The notes below the pieces were generated by a model, which had not been told where the DNA came from, ran no database searches, and saw only the letters and a list, made by a program, of their open reading frames with translations. The translations under genes and the position numbers were made by a program. Positions 35,320 to 48,075 of a stretch of DNA of 52,806 nt are shown here, one piece after another (position 1 is the first letter of the stretch; every line of letters begins with the position of its first letter). This stretch comes from Chiloscyllium plagiosum (taxonomy: Eukaryota): positions 10,653,565 through 10,706,370 of the forward strand of contig NC_057756.1 in NCBI RefSeq assembly GCF_004010195.1. The letters run 5' to 3'.

Positions 35320-36160
35320 CACACTGGGTACACTTTCTTCCACACTGTGCCCTGGGGCTCACTCTCAACCGCGCTGACCCACTCTCCTCCCACTGAGTCC
35401 ACTCTTCTCTGCTCTGGGACCATTTTCCTTTGCGGTGAGCCCACTGTCCACCAGGCTGAGTTCACATTCTTTCACGGTGGGCACACTTTTCTTCACACTG
35501 GGCACACTCCTTTCTGTTCTGGGCCCATTCTCCTCCATGTTGAGTCCATTCTCCACTGCAAAGGCACCACTCTCCTCCCAAGCGGGCCCACTCTTTTCCG
35601 CGTTGGTCCCACTCTTCTTTGCAGAGGCCTCACTCTCCTCTGTGCTGGGCCCAGTCTCGTCTGCACTGGGCCCAGTCTCCTCCGCGCTGTGCCAACTCTC
35701 CTTCACGCTGGACCCATTCTCCTCCATAATAAATCCAGTCTGCTTCCCAGTGGGTACACTCTCCTCCCCACTGCGCCCTCTGTCCTCCACGTTGGGCCCA
35801 CTCTCCTCCGTGCTGGGCCGACTGTCCTCCATGTTAAGCCCACTCTACTTCACGGTGAGTCCACTCTGTTCCACGCTGGGCCCAATCCCCTCCACACTGG
35901 GCCTACTGTCCTCCATATTAAGCACACTTTACTTCATGGTGGGTCCACTCTATTCCGTGCTCGGCCCATTCTCTAACATGTTGTGCCCACTCTCCTTCAC
36001 CCTTGGTTCAATCTCCTACACATTAGGCTCACTTTCCTTCACGGTGGATCCACTGTCCTCCACGCTTGGCTTGTCTATGGTCAGCACCCTGGGCCTAGCT
36101 TAGTACAGCTTTAGGTCCATGTCCTGGATCCATTCACGGTCCATGTACTGGGCCCTCACC
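35320..36160. repeat. Degenerate 21-bp tandem repeat (GGGCCCACTCTCCTCCACGCT)n
   Basis: 7-aa periodicity in overlapping ORFs (GPTLLHA on plus; EESGPSA on minus). Confidence 0.9.
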
Positions 36161-36319
36161 ATCGCCAATGTTGGCCAAGCTTAGGTCAAAGTGAGTAAGT
36201 CAAATAAAAGAGGAAAATGGGATATAAAGCTGGTTGGAGCCGACAAGCTCCAGCACAGGAAGCAAACGTACTGCCAACTTACCAAACATATGTCCGACAT
36301 TCATATACAAATCATTTAG

Positions 36320-36810
36320 TTAAGCAACAAAATACAGTGGACCCAGAATCGATCCTTGCAGTGTACACCTGGCCACAGACCTCCAGTTCAAAAGACAATC
36401 CTCCAACACAGACCTCATAACGCCAATTGGCAAACTCACGCTGAATCCCATGTGATCTAACTTTATCAATAATACCACCATTTGGAACCTCTTCAAAGGC
36501 TTTACTAAAGTCCACGTAAACTACGTCTACTGCTGTTCCCTCATCAATCTTTTTGCTACTTCATTGAAAAACCCAGTCAAGTTTTTTGAGGCACGATCTT
36601 CCTCACACATAACAATGCTCGCTATCAATAATGAATCCTTGCCTGTCCATATGCATTTAATCCGATCTTTCGGAATCTCCTCCGACAACTTTCACAGCAC
36701 TGATGTCATACCTAGAGGTCATTAGTTCCCAGGCTTCTCCATACAGCCTTCCTTAAACAAGAGCACAACATTGGCAAAACTGCAGTCCTTCGGTACCGCA
36801 CCCGTTGTTG
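36320..36810 (-). mobile_element. CR1 LINE RT fragment
   Basis: VDFSKAFE.VP...KVRSHGIQ. Confidence 0.85.
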
Positions 36811-36819
36811 TAGCTAGGC

Positions 36820-37765
36820 TCAAACATCTTCAGCTATTTCATCCATGACCTTCCCTCTGACACAAGGTCAGAAGTGGGAATGGTCACCGATGATTGCACA
36901 GTGTTCAGCACCATTCGCGACTCCTCAAAAACTGAAGCAGTCCGTGCTCAAATGCAACAAGATCTGGGAAATATCCAGGCTTGGGCCGACTAGTGGCAAG
37001 TAACATTCATGCCACAGAAATGCCAGACAATGTCCATCACCAATAAGAGACACTCTAACATCTGCCCTTTGACATTTAATGGTATTACCATCACTAAATC
37101 CCCCACTGTCAACATCCTAGGAGTTAGCATTGAACAGAAACTCAACTGGACTCGCCATATAAACACAGTGGCTACAAGATCACGTCAGAGACGAGGGATG
37201 CTGTGGCAACTAACTCACCTCCCGACACTCCAAAATCTCTCCACCATCTACAAGCCATAAGTCAGGAGAGTGATGGAAAAGTCCCCACGTTCCTTGATTG
37301 GTGCAGCTCCAACAACACTCAAGAAGCTTGACACCATCCAGGGCAAAGCAACCCGCTTGATTAGCATCACATCTATAAACATTCAATCCTCCACCACCTG
37401 CGCTCAGTAGCAGCAGTCTATACTATCTACAAGGTGCACTGCAGAAATTCACCAAAGAGTCTTAGACAGCACCTTCCCAAGCCACGACCACTCCCATCAA
37501 GAAGGACAAGGGCAGCAGGTACTTGGAAAAACCAAACATGCAAGTTCCCTTCCAAGCCACTCACCTCCTTTATTTGGAAATATATTGCCGTTCCTTCACA
37601 GTCAAAATCCAGGCATTCCCTCCATAAATGTATTGTGGGTCAACCACAGCAAATGGACTGCAGCAGTTCAAGAAGCAGCTCACCACCACCTTCTCAAGAG
37701 GCAATTAGGGATGGGCTATTAATGCTGGCCAGCCAGTGACGCCCAAGTCTCAAGAATGGATTTTT
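36820..37765 (+). mobile_element. L2/CR1-like LINE 3' part
   Basis: FSYFIHDLP...TDDCTVF; WQVTFMPQKCQ; ILGVSI..KLNWTRHI; tail GCAATTAGGGATGGGC...GCTGGCCAGCCAG. Confidence 0.85.
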
Positions 37766-37789
37766 CAAAATTATTTACTTGATTGCTGA

Positions 37790-38365
37790 ATGAAACACAA
37801 ATAACAGAAAACAACATACCGAATTACTTATCATATTCGAAAACACTATAGATCATCCCAGCTTAATGATGTTGTATCAAATAATTGCAACAATGTTGTG
37901 GTTCTGTTCGCAACACAAATTCCCAGCTCGGCGAACAGAACCACAACAACTAGCACCCGAGATACAAATCTTTGCACAAACCTTGAATTGCAACAATCCC
38001 CATAAAAATGCCTTGGCACAAAAGGTAAAATCAAACACAGGTTGTTACAGGATCAAAGTTAGAGGGAGAGTACCAGCCTGCACCTGCTTCTTTGTGCCCA
38101 GCAGCTTTTTCCACACTCCTGCCAAAAACCCAAACAAACCAGAGACAACCTGAGCTGGGTGAACTGGTCACTCCCCTTTCTTTGTACAACGGTTTTCTTC
38201 AAAACTTATAAGCCTTCTGCCTGTGGCAGTATCTGTTAGCTATTGGTACATTGACCCAAAAACCCTTCCCCTTTCAGATTTTATGCTGTCGGTGTCGTTT
38301 ATCACCTCTCTCTGAAAATAAAACGCCAAGGACAGCATAACCTTGTGAAAAAGAGCTTTGTCACA
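37790..38365 (-). mobile_element. Probable LTR fragment
   Basis: The minus strand begins TGTGACAAAG and is non-coding with LTR-like composition. Assignment rests on general resemblance only. Confidence 0.35.
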
Positions 38366-40839
38366 CACCGAGATGATCATTCCCACAATACATTGTAAAT
38401 GTCAGGGCTGTGATTCAACAAGGCTGCTGGGACACATCTAGCACAGTATGTTTTACATCAGGGAATAATGCAGAAAATCAGTCTCTTTGATGCAATAATG
38501 TTCTGTTTCTTCAATTCCTAAATGGTTCACTTGAGGGTTAATGCTGTAATTGGTAATTTGGGTGTCAAGATATCAAAAAAACTAAATGATAAGACCCCGT
38601 AAGATTCAGAGAACATGTATTACTGCCATAATGCCACCGGTCACACAATACAGAAGAATGAGTGTTCTGGCATTCTGGGATGGACTGTCTTGGAGCATTT
38701 AGTGCTTCTCTTGAAATTTAATCTTTATTTCCCCAGAAGACATCGGATGTTGTCTGAATTCTGCTCCACTGCTGTGCATGATGGAGACATTTAACCCTTG
38801 ACTTATTGAGTACTGGACTGGGGCAGGACGAGTTCCCAACATGTGATATCAATGTATGCAGTTCACTTTGCCAAACTAACGCTGTGGTGTGATTCGTCAA
38901 CTGATAAAAGGAAGAAACTTGTCTGTAGCTCACAGGCTCCCTGAATTATCGAATTATCCAGTGATTGACGGGAATGCTGTGTACTATTGATCCAGATCTC
39001 CAGGAATCACTGAGTGTCGGTATCACTGATCGTAGGATTGTACTGAATGGGGATCACAAACTTCAGGCTGGACCCTCTGATTGCTGTAGTCTCATGTTAC
39101 TGGGAGGATGTGTCACTATAGAATTGTACAGAGCGTAGGTAATTGCTCACATAGGAACTTCTGACCCAGTATTCTTGTTTTGCTGGGTTTCCGTAAATGC
39201 AACATTGTAAGTATAGAGCACTAACAGGTAACTCCAATCTCAAGTATTTCTGAGGATGTCGAACTGGAGAACTGCAATGCACCCGGGCCAACAACCTGAA
39301 AGGAACACTCGATTCCAGTGGCAAAGTGATTCAGTGAACATCTTTCAATTAGAATTTTACTGAGAGTGAGCTCCGAACCAAAGGGGAACAACTAACCCCA
39401 GTGTCTACATGTTACTGGGAACATCTCTCAAAATGAAATTACACTGAGTGTGGATTTACTAACTGTAGGGGACAAATTACCCCAGTGGTCTTGCATAAGA
39501 AGACTTATCTCTGAGTGTAGAATTTAATAGATTGTGCGGAATAGAATGAAATGGAATATCTAACTGCAGTGGTAACTAGGACCATAACGATATGAAGCAT
39601 TAGATTCTTCATTTATATTACTTTCCTTATTTTTCTCTGCCCACTGATGGAGCTGTCAATGTAGTTATTTAGTGTACATTGAATTGCAAGTGGGACCTTC
39701 TTTCCAGCTGGTTGCATATTTTTGATGCTAAGCTTACAAAGTGAAATGCCCAGTGAGATTAAACAGATCTGATATTTTTCGGGGTTGGAAAATGGCAGGG
39801 CAACAATGTTAAACAAAATACCCATCGACATATTACGTTGACCCAAATAATCATTTTGCTACTGATTACTCTTCCAACAAGGTTAGAACAAGTTGTGCAA
39901 CGTGGCCAGTCTAATGTATCATCTATGCATTAATGAGGATGGATACGGAGCTGGAAATATTGCCACAGTTTCACATCTACTTCTGATTATATTCCGATTA
40001 ACAATTTTTAATCTGTAATTCAGGACCTACCCACAGCTTTCTAGTGATCCCTGCCTTTCACTTTGTCATGTGTGCCCTCCTTTGGAGGAAGAAGTTTTGA
40101 TGAGGGCCATACATCAATCAATTTTCAGTAACATATAAAAAATAAGAAATGTTAATAGTAGTCTACATAAAGATGTCTTTTTTTAAAATAACTAACTTCA
40201 GTACCTTGCAATATTATGAGTAAGGTTAATAATTAGGTTGGTCAGCATGGCATAAAATTAACAGGACAGAATACGGACCATTCAACATGGCGCTTTTATA
40301 TACCATACAAGCCTCTCCCGTTACCAAGGGTTCGAACCCTGAATTAGTATTCCACACTAATTAACTCCAGTTGTCGTCTGTCCCATTAATGGAAATACCA
40401 GTTATATATTTGGACCACAAAGTCCTTTATACTCTCCATGCATCAACATACTCTATGCCATTAATACATCTCACAAATCCAATTTCCAGAACTCTGAGCA
40501 TTTTTCTTCTTTTCGTGTGATAATGGCAAACATTTTGACTTTACCAGGAACCTAACTCTGTCTCTCCATGGTTGTTTTTTGTATCATTGCCTCTGACCTT
40601 CCAACACAAACACGTTAACTCTGTAGTGCGCCAATCTCAAAATAATTTCACTTGTATTTACAGAAGCACTGACTTGTGTTCTTGGATCAGTTGTGCCTGC
40701 TTTTACAGTTAAAGTTTAGTTCCTAAAAGAAATGTTCAGCTCTTAAACATATAAATTAAGAACTCATATTCACAATAAAGAGCATATGAAAAACTGGGGT
40801 CAATGAGATTACAGATCTGTTTTGTTTCATCCTGAATAC

Positions 40840-41490
40840 AAGTGAAGATGGTTATAGCTATTGGAGGTCAATCACCTCAGCCATCGGACATCTTTGCAGT
40901 AGTTCGTCAGGTTCATAACCGAGGATTTAAAGTCTGAATATTCCTTAACAACGCTCAAATTGGAGATGCTTTTTTTTGTAAATGCACAATATTCAGCACC
41001 ATTTACAATTCCTTAGATAAAGAAGAGATCTGTGAGATAGCATCTAGCTTGGGTCACAATTGACAAGTAACGTTCACATCCTACAAGCACCAGGGAAAGA
41101 CCATCTCAAAATGTGAGAATTTACTATTCTCCCATTGGCTGACTATGACATCACCATCACTAAATACATGGCTATCAACGATATGGGCCAAACATTGACA
41201 AGAAAATGTCCTGATCCAGCCTTGCAATTGCCGTGGCCACAGGAGTATGTCAGACACTCTGATTACTGTGGCAATCAGCTCCCACCTGCCTCTCCAGTCC
41301 ATGTCCACCATACAGGAAGTACAGCTCAGGGCTGGGATGGAATGCTCTCCATGTATCTGTCTGAGAGCAGCTCAAATACAACACTGAGGGAAACACTCAC
41401 AAAGCTCCACATCGTGCAGGATAATCAGCTGATTGATTAGCATGCCAATCACAACTCAGCACTCACTTCCATCACTAATGATGCATACGA
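40840..41490 (+). mobile_element. Highly decayed L2/CR1-like LINE fragment
   Basis: Similar to 36820-37400 (TTCAGCACCATTT, CAAGTAACGTTCA, CATCACCATCACTAAAT, GCAGCTC.AA.AACACT). Confidence 0.7.
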
Positions 41491-41599
41491 CTAGAAGTGA
41501 ATATATTGTGGTATGTAAGACACTACAAGTTCATTTTAATTTAGCTACATATTCAGAAATCTCACGGCGAATCGAATTTGTATTGGGGTGTAGATCCTT

Positions 41600-42410
41600 G
41601 AAGTAGGTGGCCAAATGTCTAGCAGATAGAGTACAATGCTGATAAATGTGAAGTCATCCATCTAGGTAGGAATAATGGTAAAACGGACTATTATTTGAAC
41701 GGCAAAACATTGCAGCGTGGTGCTGTGCAGAGGGACTTGGGTGTCCTTGTGCATGAATCGCAGGAAGTTGGTGTGCAGGTGAAACTGATAATTAAGAAGG
41801 CAAATCCAATTTTATCCTTCATTGCTACAGGGATTGAGTTAAAAATAGGGAGCTTATGTTGTAGCTGTGGAGGGTACTGCGTGCAGTTTTGGGATCCTTA
41901 CATGAGCAAAGATGCACTGGCGAGGGTGCAGAGGAGGTTCACCGGACTGTATCCAAAGTTGATGGGGTTGGCTTATGAAGGAAAGTCTGAGAAAACTGGG
42001 ATTATTATCACTGGAAATTACAAGAATGGGAGGGATCTTATAGAAACATATATATTTATAGATAAGATCGAAGCAGGGAGGAAGTTTCCACTGGTGGGTG
42101 AAACTAGGATAAGAAGGCATAGCCTCAAAATTAGTGGGAGCTGATTTAGGACTAAATTCAGGAGGACATTTTTCACCAAAACCATTGTGAATCTGTGGAA
42201 TTCCTAGCCCGGTGAAGTCATTGAGACGACCTCATTGAATATGTTTAACGCGAGGAAAGAGAATATTTGAACAGAAAAGGAACTGGGATTATGGTTAAAG
42301 GTATGGTAATGGGAGCTGAGGCCATGAAAAGATCAGCCATGATCTTATTGACTGGCAGGGTGAGCTCGAAGGGCAGATGGCCTACTCCTGCTCCTGCGTC
42401 TTATGATCTA
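41600..42410 (+). mobile_element. CR1 LINE 3' fragment
   Basis: VQRDLGVLVHESQ...YCVQFW.PY...RVQRRFT; 3' end GATCAGCCATGATC...CTCCTGCTCC. Confidence 0.9.
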
Positions 42411-42589
42411 AGTATTGAAACAATGGATTAAACTTTATTGCATAGAGAAATAAGGCATCCCAAGTCAGCAAGTTAAGCCTCATACTGCAACTTGGCTATG
42501 ACCCAATTAATGGAGGACTCTGGCCAGGATTCCAACAACAGTGATCTGTCTCTGAAAATGTAGTGGGTTTGATCTTTATGCAGTGTTGT

Positions 42590-43440
42590 CCTTCGAACGG
42601 GATGTTGATCAGATTGGCCAATGGGCTGAGAAGTGGCAGATGGAGTTTAATTCAGATCGTCAAGAGGTGCTGCATTTTGGGAAAGCAAATTTTAACAGGA
42701 CTTATACACTTAATGGTAAGGTCCTAGTGAGTATTGTTGAACAAAGGACCTTTGAGTGCATGTTCATACCTCATTGAAAATTGAGTCGCTTGTAGATAGG
42801 ATAGTGAAGAAGGCAATTGGTCTGCTTTCTTTTATTGGACAGAGTATTGAGTATAGGAGTTGGGAGGTCATGTTGCGGCTGTACAAGACATTGGTTAGGC
42901 CACTGTTGGAATATTGCGTGCAATTTTGGTCTTCTTCCTATCGGGAGAATGTTGTGAAACTTACAAAGATGTTGCCAGGGTTTGAGGATTTGAGCTACAG
43001 GGAGAGGTTGAACAGGCTGGGGCTGTTTTCTTTGGAGCATCAGAGGCTGAGGGGTGACCTGATAGAGGTTTATAAAACCATGAGGGGCATGGCAAGGATA
43101 GATAGGCAAACTATTTTCCCTGAGGTCGAGGAGTCCAGAACTAGAGGGCAAGGGTTTAGGGTGAGAGGGGAAAGATATAAAAGAGACCTAAGGGGCAACT
43201 TTTTCACGCAGAGGGTGGTACATGTATGGAATGAGCTACCAGAGGAAGTGGTGGAGGCTCGTACAATTGCAAAATTTAAGAGGTATTTGGGTGGGTATAT
43301 GAATAGGAAGGGTTGGGAGTGATATAGGCCAGGTGCTGGCAGGTAGGACTAAATTGGGTTGGGATCACTGTTCGGCATGGACGGGTTAGATTGAAGGGAC
43401 TGTCTCCGTGCTGTACATCTCGATGACTCTATGACTCTTA
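42590..43440 (+). mobile_element. Relatively young CR1 LINE 3' end
   Basis: 188-aa open frame LYKTLVRPLLEYCVQFWS...RLRGDLIEVYK...FFTQRVV..WNELP; GACTCTATGACTCT tail. Confidence 0.95.
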
Positions 43441-44882
43441 TTTGTGACAATGAACTAAGTATGGGGCTATCTAATCCAAGGGAGTGATCTCAAAAAAGGA
43501 GCAGTCATCTGTGAGGGGGTAGCTGGCTCTGCATTGGGGAGCTCAATTTACTTTTATTAATTGAACAGATGTGGGTATTACTGGTTAGATCAATATTTAC
43601 CACCCTTCCCTAATTGCCAGAGGGAAGGTAAGAGTGAACTACATTTTTGTATATTTGGATTCGCGAGACTGGGTAAGGATGTCTTTTTCTGAAGGGCATC
43701 AATGAATGACGTTGTGTTTTCCCCAACAACTGGCAGAAATTGTATCATCATAACTGAACTCTTAAATCCAGATTATCATTGAATTGAAATTCCAGCATCT
43801 GCAATGACAGACATCAAACCCAGCTCTCCAGAACATTACCTAAGTCACTGATTTAATAGTTTAGTGATAAGACCATGAAGCCATTGCGTCCCATAACCTT
43901 TAGCATTGGCCTGAATCCACAGAAGCAGTCCCTGATACCAAGCAACTGGACAATGTTTGGATCTCCAAGAACAAGCTGTGGTGCAGTGCTGATGATCTAC
44001 ATGGGGGGTGCCGGTCAAACTATGGAGATTTCTAGCCCCAGGGTCTGCTCTGGAACTTGGAGGGAGCTTTCTGTTCACAAGGAGAGGACCAAAGATAGGT
44101 ACTTGTATATATGAGCCTGGAAATCAAACATGAAACTTTGCTTATTCCGTGAAAGAATGTCAGATTTCTAAACTGGAAAGTTGCAATGTTGCACGGATTC
44201 AGATTTTATTTGGGTGAGTGCTGTGATGTGCAGTGTTGGACATGTGGAAGTAGTCCATGCCAAATATTGAAGTTCTTCTGATTGTGATGGGTATCCACAA
44301 TGGTTGGATTCATTGTTGAAAACCTTCATATTCAGATTGTCCGCATGTTCAGGCAGAGTGACTAAATGCCTGATCATTTCTTCATGTTGTGGTGACCATC
44401 CATTTCTAGACACTGTGGAATGATTCAGTGCTTTCTAATGTAGTTCATATTATTCTAGAGGCAGTCTCAACTGTGCAGGCTGCAGAACTGAATACAGGAC
44501 TTTTGCAATCCATATCTGTGCTGATATATCCCATTCAATGTTTCACTGATTACCGGTGTTCTTGGATGGATGTCATTGTCTAGTGGATGACTCCAGCTAA
44601 ATGGAATAACCTATAAAGCAGAAGAAATCAACCACGGTCAACCCCATTCAAACGCTGAGTACATGATCGTTCTTCTGGGAGTAATCACCTGCTTATGTTC
44701 TTCCTTACCTCTTTTAAATGTGCAACTGATTCATTTCAAGAGTGCAGATACTTTAAACTTCACATGGCATGGAACAATAATTATCTTTGCGCTGAAAACA
44801 ATCCCTTACAGTCTGGGCTCAGGCACAGTACTATTTGATTAATAACTTGAGCACTTTTTGTTCCCTTCTCACTCTCTTACAA

Positions 44883-45043
44883 TTAGTCTTGTGTTGATTG
44901 TATCCATAGCTTGGGGCAAGTCTGGTCTTTCCACACGCACCTCTCATTACCTGGTTGTCATGGCAGCGTCTGATCTACTGTTCATTATTATGAATGTTAT
45001 ACTTAACCGATTTTGGTATTATTATGATCCACCATGTTCCTGG
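44883..45043 (+). pseudogene. Truncated paralogue of GPCR exon 2
   Basis: ISLVLIVSIAWGKSGLSTRTSHYLVVMAASDLLFIIMNVILNRFWYYYDPPC aligns to 31560-31718. The acceptor reads CAA instead of CAG. The exon is cut off by a minus-strand CR1 fragment (~45045-45290). Confidence 0.88.
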
Positions 45044-45889
45044 AAAAAGTGCATTTTCCTCCACATCATTGATATATATTACAAACAGAAAAGGTGTCAG
45101 CACGAATCCGTGCAGAACACCACTACTTACTGATCTCCATTTCGAAAAGTGCCCTTGACTATTACTCACTGCCTTCTTTGATCAAGCCAGGTCTATATCT
45201 ATCACATCCCGGATCCTACAAAACTCTACCTTTGCTCCAGCTTGCCATACAGAACCTTATCAAATATCTTGTTTTAAGTCCGAGTTGATCGCATCAAACA
45301 TGAATCACATTTCACCACATTAAGTTTGGTCTGTCAATGTTTTAAATATAATTCACACAACGCACGAAGCAAAGTAGATGATATGATGAGATGTAACAAA
45401 CGCTGTTACACTTAGTATCTTCAGGTTGCAATGTAATAATATCGAATCAGAAATCTGGCCTCCCTTAGGGACAAAACCTCACCAGATGTGGGAATGTGTG
45501 CAGGACAGGGAATGGAGGTTTTAATGTGTCACTGAGTGGGTTTGTAAACCTCTGCAACAAGCGGCCATTTCTCCACCGATAATCCCATCTGCCAAATCTA
45601 TGTCCACTCAGTGAAGCTGTCCATATCTGCTTGCAGCCACTTCGGTCATTCCTCATATCTTTCCATCCCACCCACGATGAATATTGGCAGTGAATTGGAG
45701 ACATTACATTGAAACATAGAAGATAGGAGCAGGTGTAGGTCATTCCATCCCCCGAGTCTACTCCCCCACACAGTATGATCATGGCTGATCATCGAGCTCA
45801 GTTCCCTAATCCCACCCTACTCCCAATATCCCCTGGGCCTTCTGGATACAAAAGGAAATCTAGAAAATGTATCAGAGAGAGAGAAAGAG

Positions 45890-46142
45890 CCTGTGTATGA
45901 GAGATATAGTGAGATTGTGTATGAGAGAGATGGTGCGTGTTTGTGTGAGAGAGATAGTGAGATTGTGTATGAGAGAGATAATAGGATTGTGTATGAGAGA
46001 GAGATAGTGGGATTGTGTATGAGAGAGATAGTGGGATTGTGTATGACAGAGATAATGTAATTGTGTATGAGAGAGATAGTGGGGTTGTGTATGAGAGAGC
46101 TAGTGGAGTTCCATATGAGAGAGATAGTGGGATAGTGTATGA
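45890..46142. repeat. 24-bp minisatellite (GAGAGAGATAGTGGGATTGTGTAT)n
   Basis: About 10 units; 8-aa periodic ORFs. Confidence 0.93.
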
Positions 46143-46143
46143 A

Positions 46144-46181
46144 TCTCTTTGGAGTCGTGGATTCGAATCCCACCACTGCCA
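46144..46181 (+). pseudogene. 3' half of a tRNA-Leu (AAG/TAG type) gene
   Basis: TCTCTTTGGAGTCGTGGATTCGAATCCCACCACTGCCA vs vertebrate tRNA-Leu TCTCTTCGGAGGCGTGGGTTCGAATCCCACCGCTGCCA (34/38). D arm and anticodon are absent. Confidence 0.85.
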
Positions 46182-46235
46182 GCCAGCTAATTTCTGCATC
46201 GACTATTTGTTCTGTTGCTTTGAACTTAGGTTGAA

Positions 46236-46560
46236 GTGGCACGGTGGTTCTTTGGTTAGCACTGCTGTCTCACTGCGCACCAGGGTCCCGGGTTCAATTC
46301 CAGACTCTTTCTGGTGCTTGCACATTCTCCTTATGTTTGCTTGGTTTTCCTTCGGGTGCTCTGGTTTCCTCCCACAGTCCAAAGATGTGCAGGTTACGGT
46401 GGGTTGGTCATGCTACATTATTGTTCAGGGATCTGCAGTTTCAGTGCATTAGTCAGGCGGTAAATATTGGGGAGTGGATCTGGGTGGGTTACTCTTTGAA
46501 TGATCAGTGTGAACGTGTTGGGCCAAAGGGCCTGCTTCCACACTATCAGGATTCTAGATC
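46236..46560 (+). mobile_element. HE1-like (V-SINE) SINE
   Basis: GTGGCACGGTGG...GGTTAGCACTGCTG...GGGTTCAATTCC head and TTTCCTCCCACAGTCCAAAGATGTGCAGGTT core. Confidence 0.88.
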
Positions 46561-47089
46561 AAGGTAGCAAGAGTGACTACGAAAGGGAGAGAATAAGTCT
46601 GGGAAAGAGGTAGGATGTAGGAGTTCCAGCGTTAATTCGAGAGAGAGAGAGAGAGATTGTGCATGAGAGAGTATGGAGAGATTGTACGAGAGTGGAAGTG
46701 AAGTTGCGAGACTGGGTATTAAAGAGAGAGGAAGGGCGTGTTTCTGTGTATCTCTATCTGTGTATCAGCATGTCTGTGTGTGCGTCTCTCTATCTCTGTG
46801 TGTCTATCTGTGGCTCTGCATATATGCATCTATGCACTAATGTGTGTACCAATGATTCTATATCTGTGTGTGTCTGTTTATATCTGTCTGACCATCTGTG
46901 TGTATGGAGATGTTTGCCTTTGTGTCTCTCAGTGTGTGAATCAGTGTTTGTGTGTCTGTCTGTGTCTGTATCTCTGTGCAATGTTCTCTCTGTTGTTTTA
47001 GCTGATGTATTGATTGAAATGGAGTTAAACACCCACTCTATCTGTGTCTTGAAGAACTGCAGATGCTGTAATTTCTCCTCCTCTCCCCT

Positions 47090-48075
47090 CCCCATCATCT
47101 ACAGTGACCGTTACCCCCGGGACACCCAGATCGACTCTTACTTCATTCCCAACAGCCCTCGCTCCACCCACTGCGTCCCAGCACCTCTCCCTACAAGAGC
47201 TGAAGGTGTAACACCTGCCCATTTCCCTTCTACCTCCCCAGTATCTAAAGGCTCAACCATTATTTTCTCAGGTGAAGCAGCGATTTACCTGCCCTTCCCA
47301 CAATCTAATCCAAAGCATTCACTTGTCACAATGTGCTATTGTCTACACTGGGTAAATGAAGGATAGACTGGGTGACTGCTTCACAGAACATCAACGTTCA
47401 GCCTCCAAAAAGACCCTGAGCTTCCAGTTGCCTTCGACTTTTACTCTCCACCTTTCAGGCTTTCTGCCTGTATTCCTGATGAAGGGCTTTTGCCCGAAAC
47501 GTCGATTTTACTGCTCCTCGGATGCTTCCTGAACTGCTGTGCTTTTCCAGCACCACTCTAATCTAGCCCATTCCAGTTTAAAACCCTACCCATTTCCCTG
47601 GCCAACATCTCTGTCTCAGGCATGCTGCAGTTTTCCAGTGAAGTTCAGCACAAACTGGAACAACAACATCTCATTTTCCATTTGGGGACCCTGCAGCCCT
47701 CCGGATTCAATATAGAGTTCAATAATTTTAGGGTCTGAACTCTCCCCTGTGCGATTCCCCACCCCTCACACTATGCCTTGGTATCACTTAGACTGCTATT
47801 ACATACTACCTATTGTTAGCCACTAGCAGTCTCCATTTACAGGTATTCAGCCTCCCAGCCAGATCATTATCCATTCCTTTATCCAACTGTTCTTCTCTCT
47901 CTTTGGGCTCTATTCCCATCTATCGTTTACGCCTTACCCCCTCCCCACTACCCTATCCCCTGCATTTAAAATGACATTTTCTCAGTTACCACCAGTTCTA
48001 AGGAAGGGTCATCCGCCCTGAAATGTTGACTCTGATTTATTTTCAAAGACGCTGTCAGATTTGCTGATCTTTTCA
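47090..48075 (+). mobile_element. Decayed Penelope-like element 3' part (GIY-YIG remnant) with a nested younger PLE end at ~47455-47566
   Basis: TGTCACAATGTGCTATTGTCTACACTGGGTAAA...AGACTGGGTGACTGCTTCACAGAACATC reads as C..C...YxG...RLGD.F.EH; KLEQQHLIFHLGTLQPSGFNIEF. Confidence 0.8.
47472..47507 (+). ncRNA. Minimal hammerhead ribozyme motif
   Basis: ATTC-CTGATGA-A-GGGC-TTTT-GCCC-GAAA-C-GTC-GATT. Catalytic cores are intact but stem I is weak. Confidence 0.75.

Noticed and set aside
40170..40230. Possible decayed exon 1 of the second GPCR copy (ATGTCTTTT...CTTGCAA...GTAAG)
   Set aside because: Similarity to 24066-24129 is too weak to support by eye; it needs an alignment.
42756..43322. 188-aa ORF as a host gene
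   Set aside because: It is the C-terminus of CR1 ORF2 in a 5'-truncated copy.
45798..46452. Overlapping 133-145-aa ORFs
   Set aside because: They are translations of the 24-bp minisatellite, tRNA fragment and SINE.
46659..47366. 235-aa Cys/Val-rich ORF
   Set aside because: It arises from TG/TC low-complexity sequence joined to a decayed Penelope fragment.
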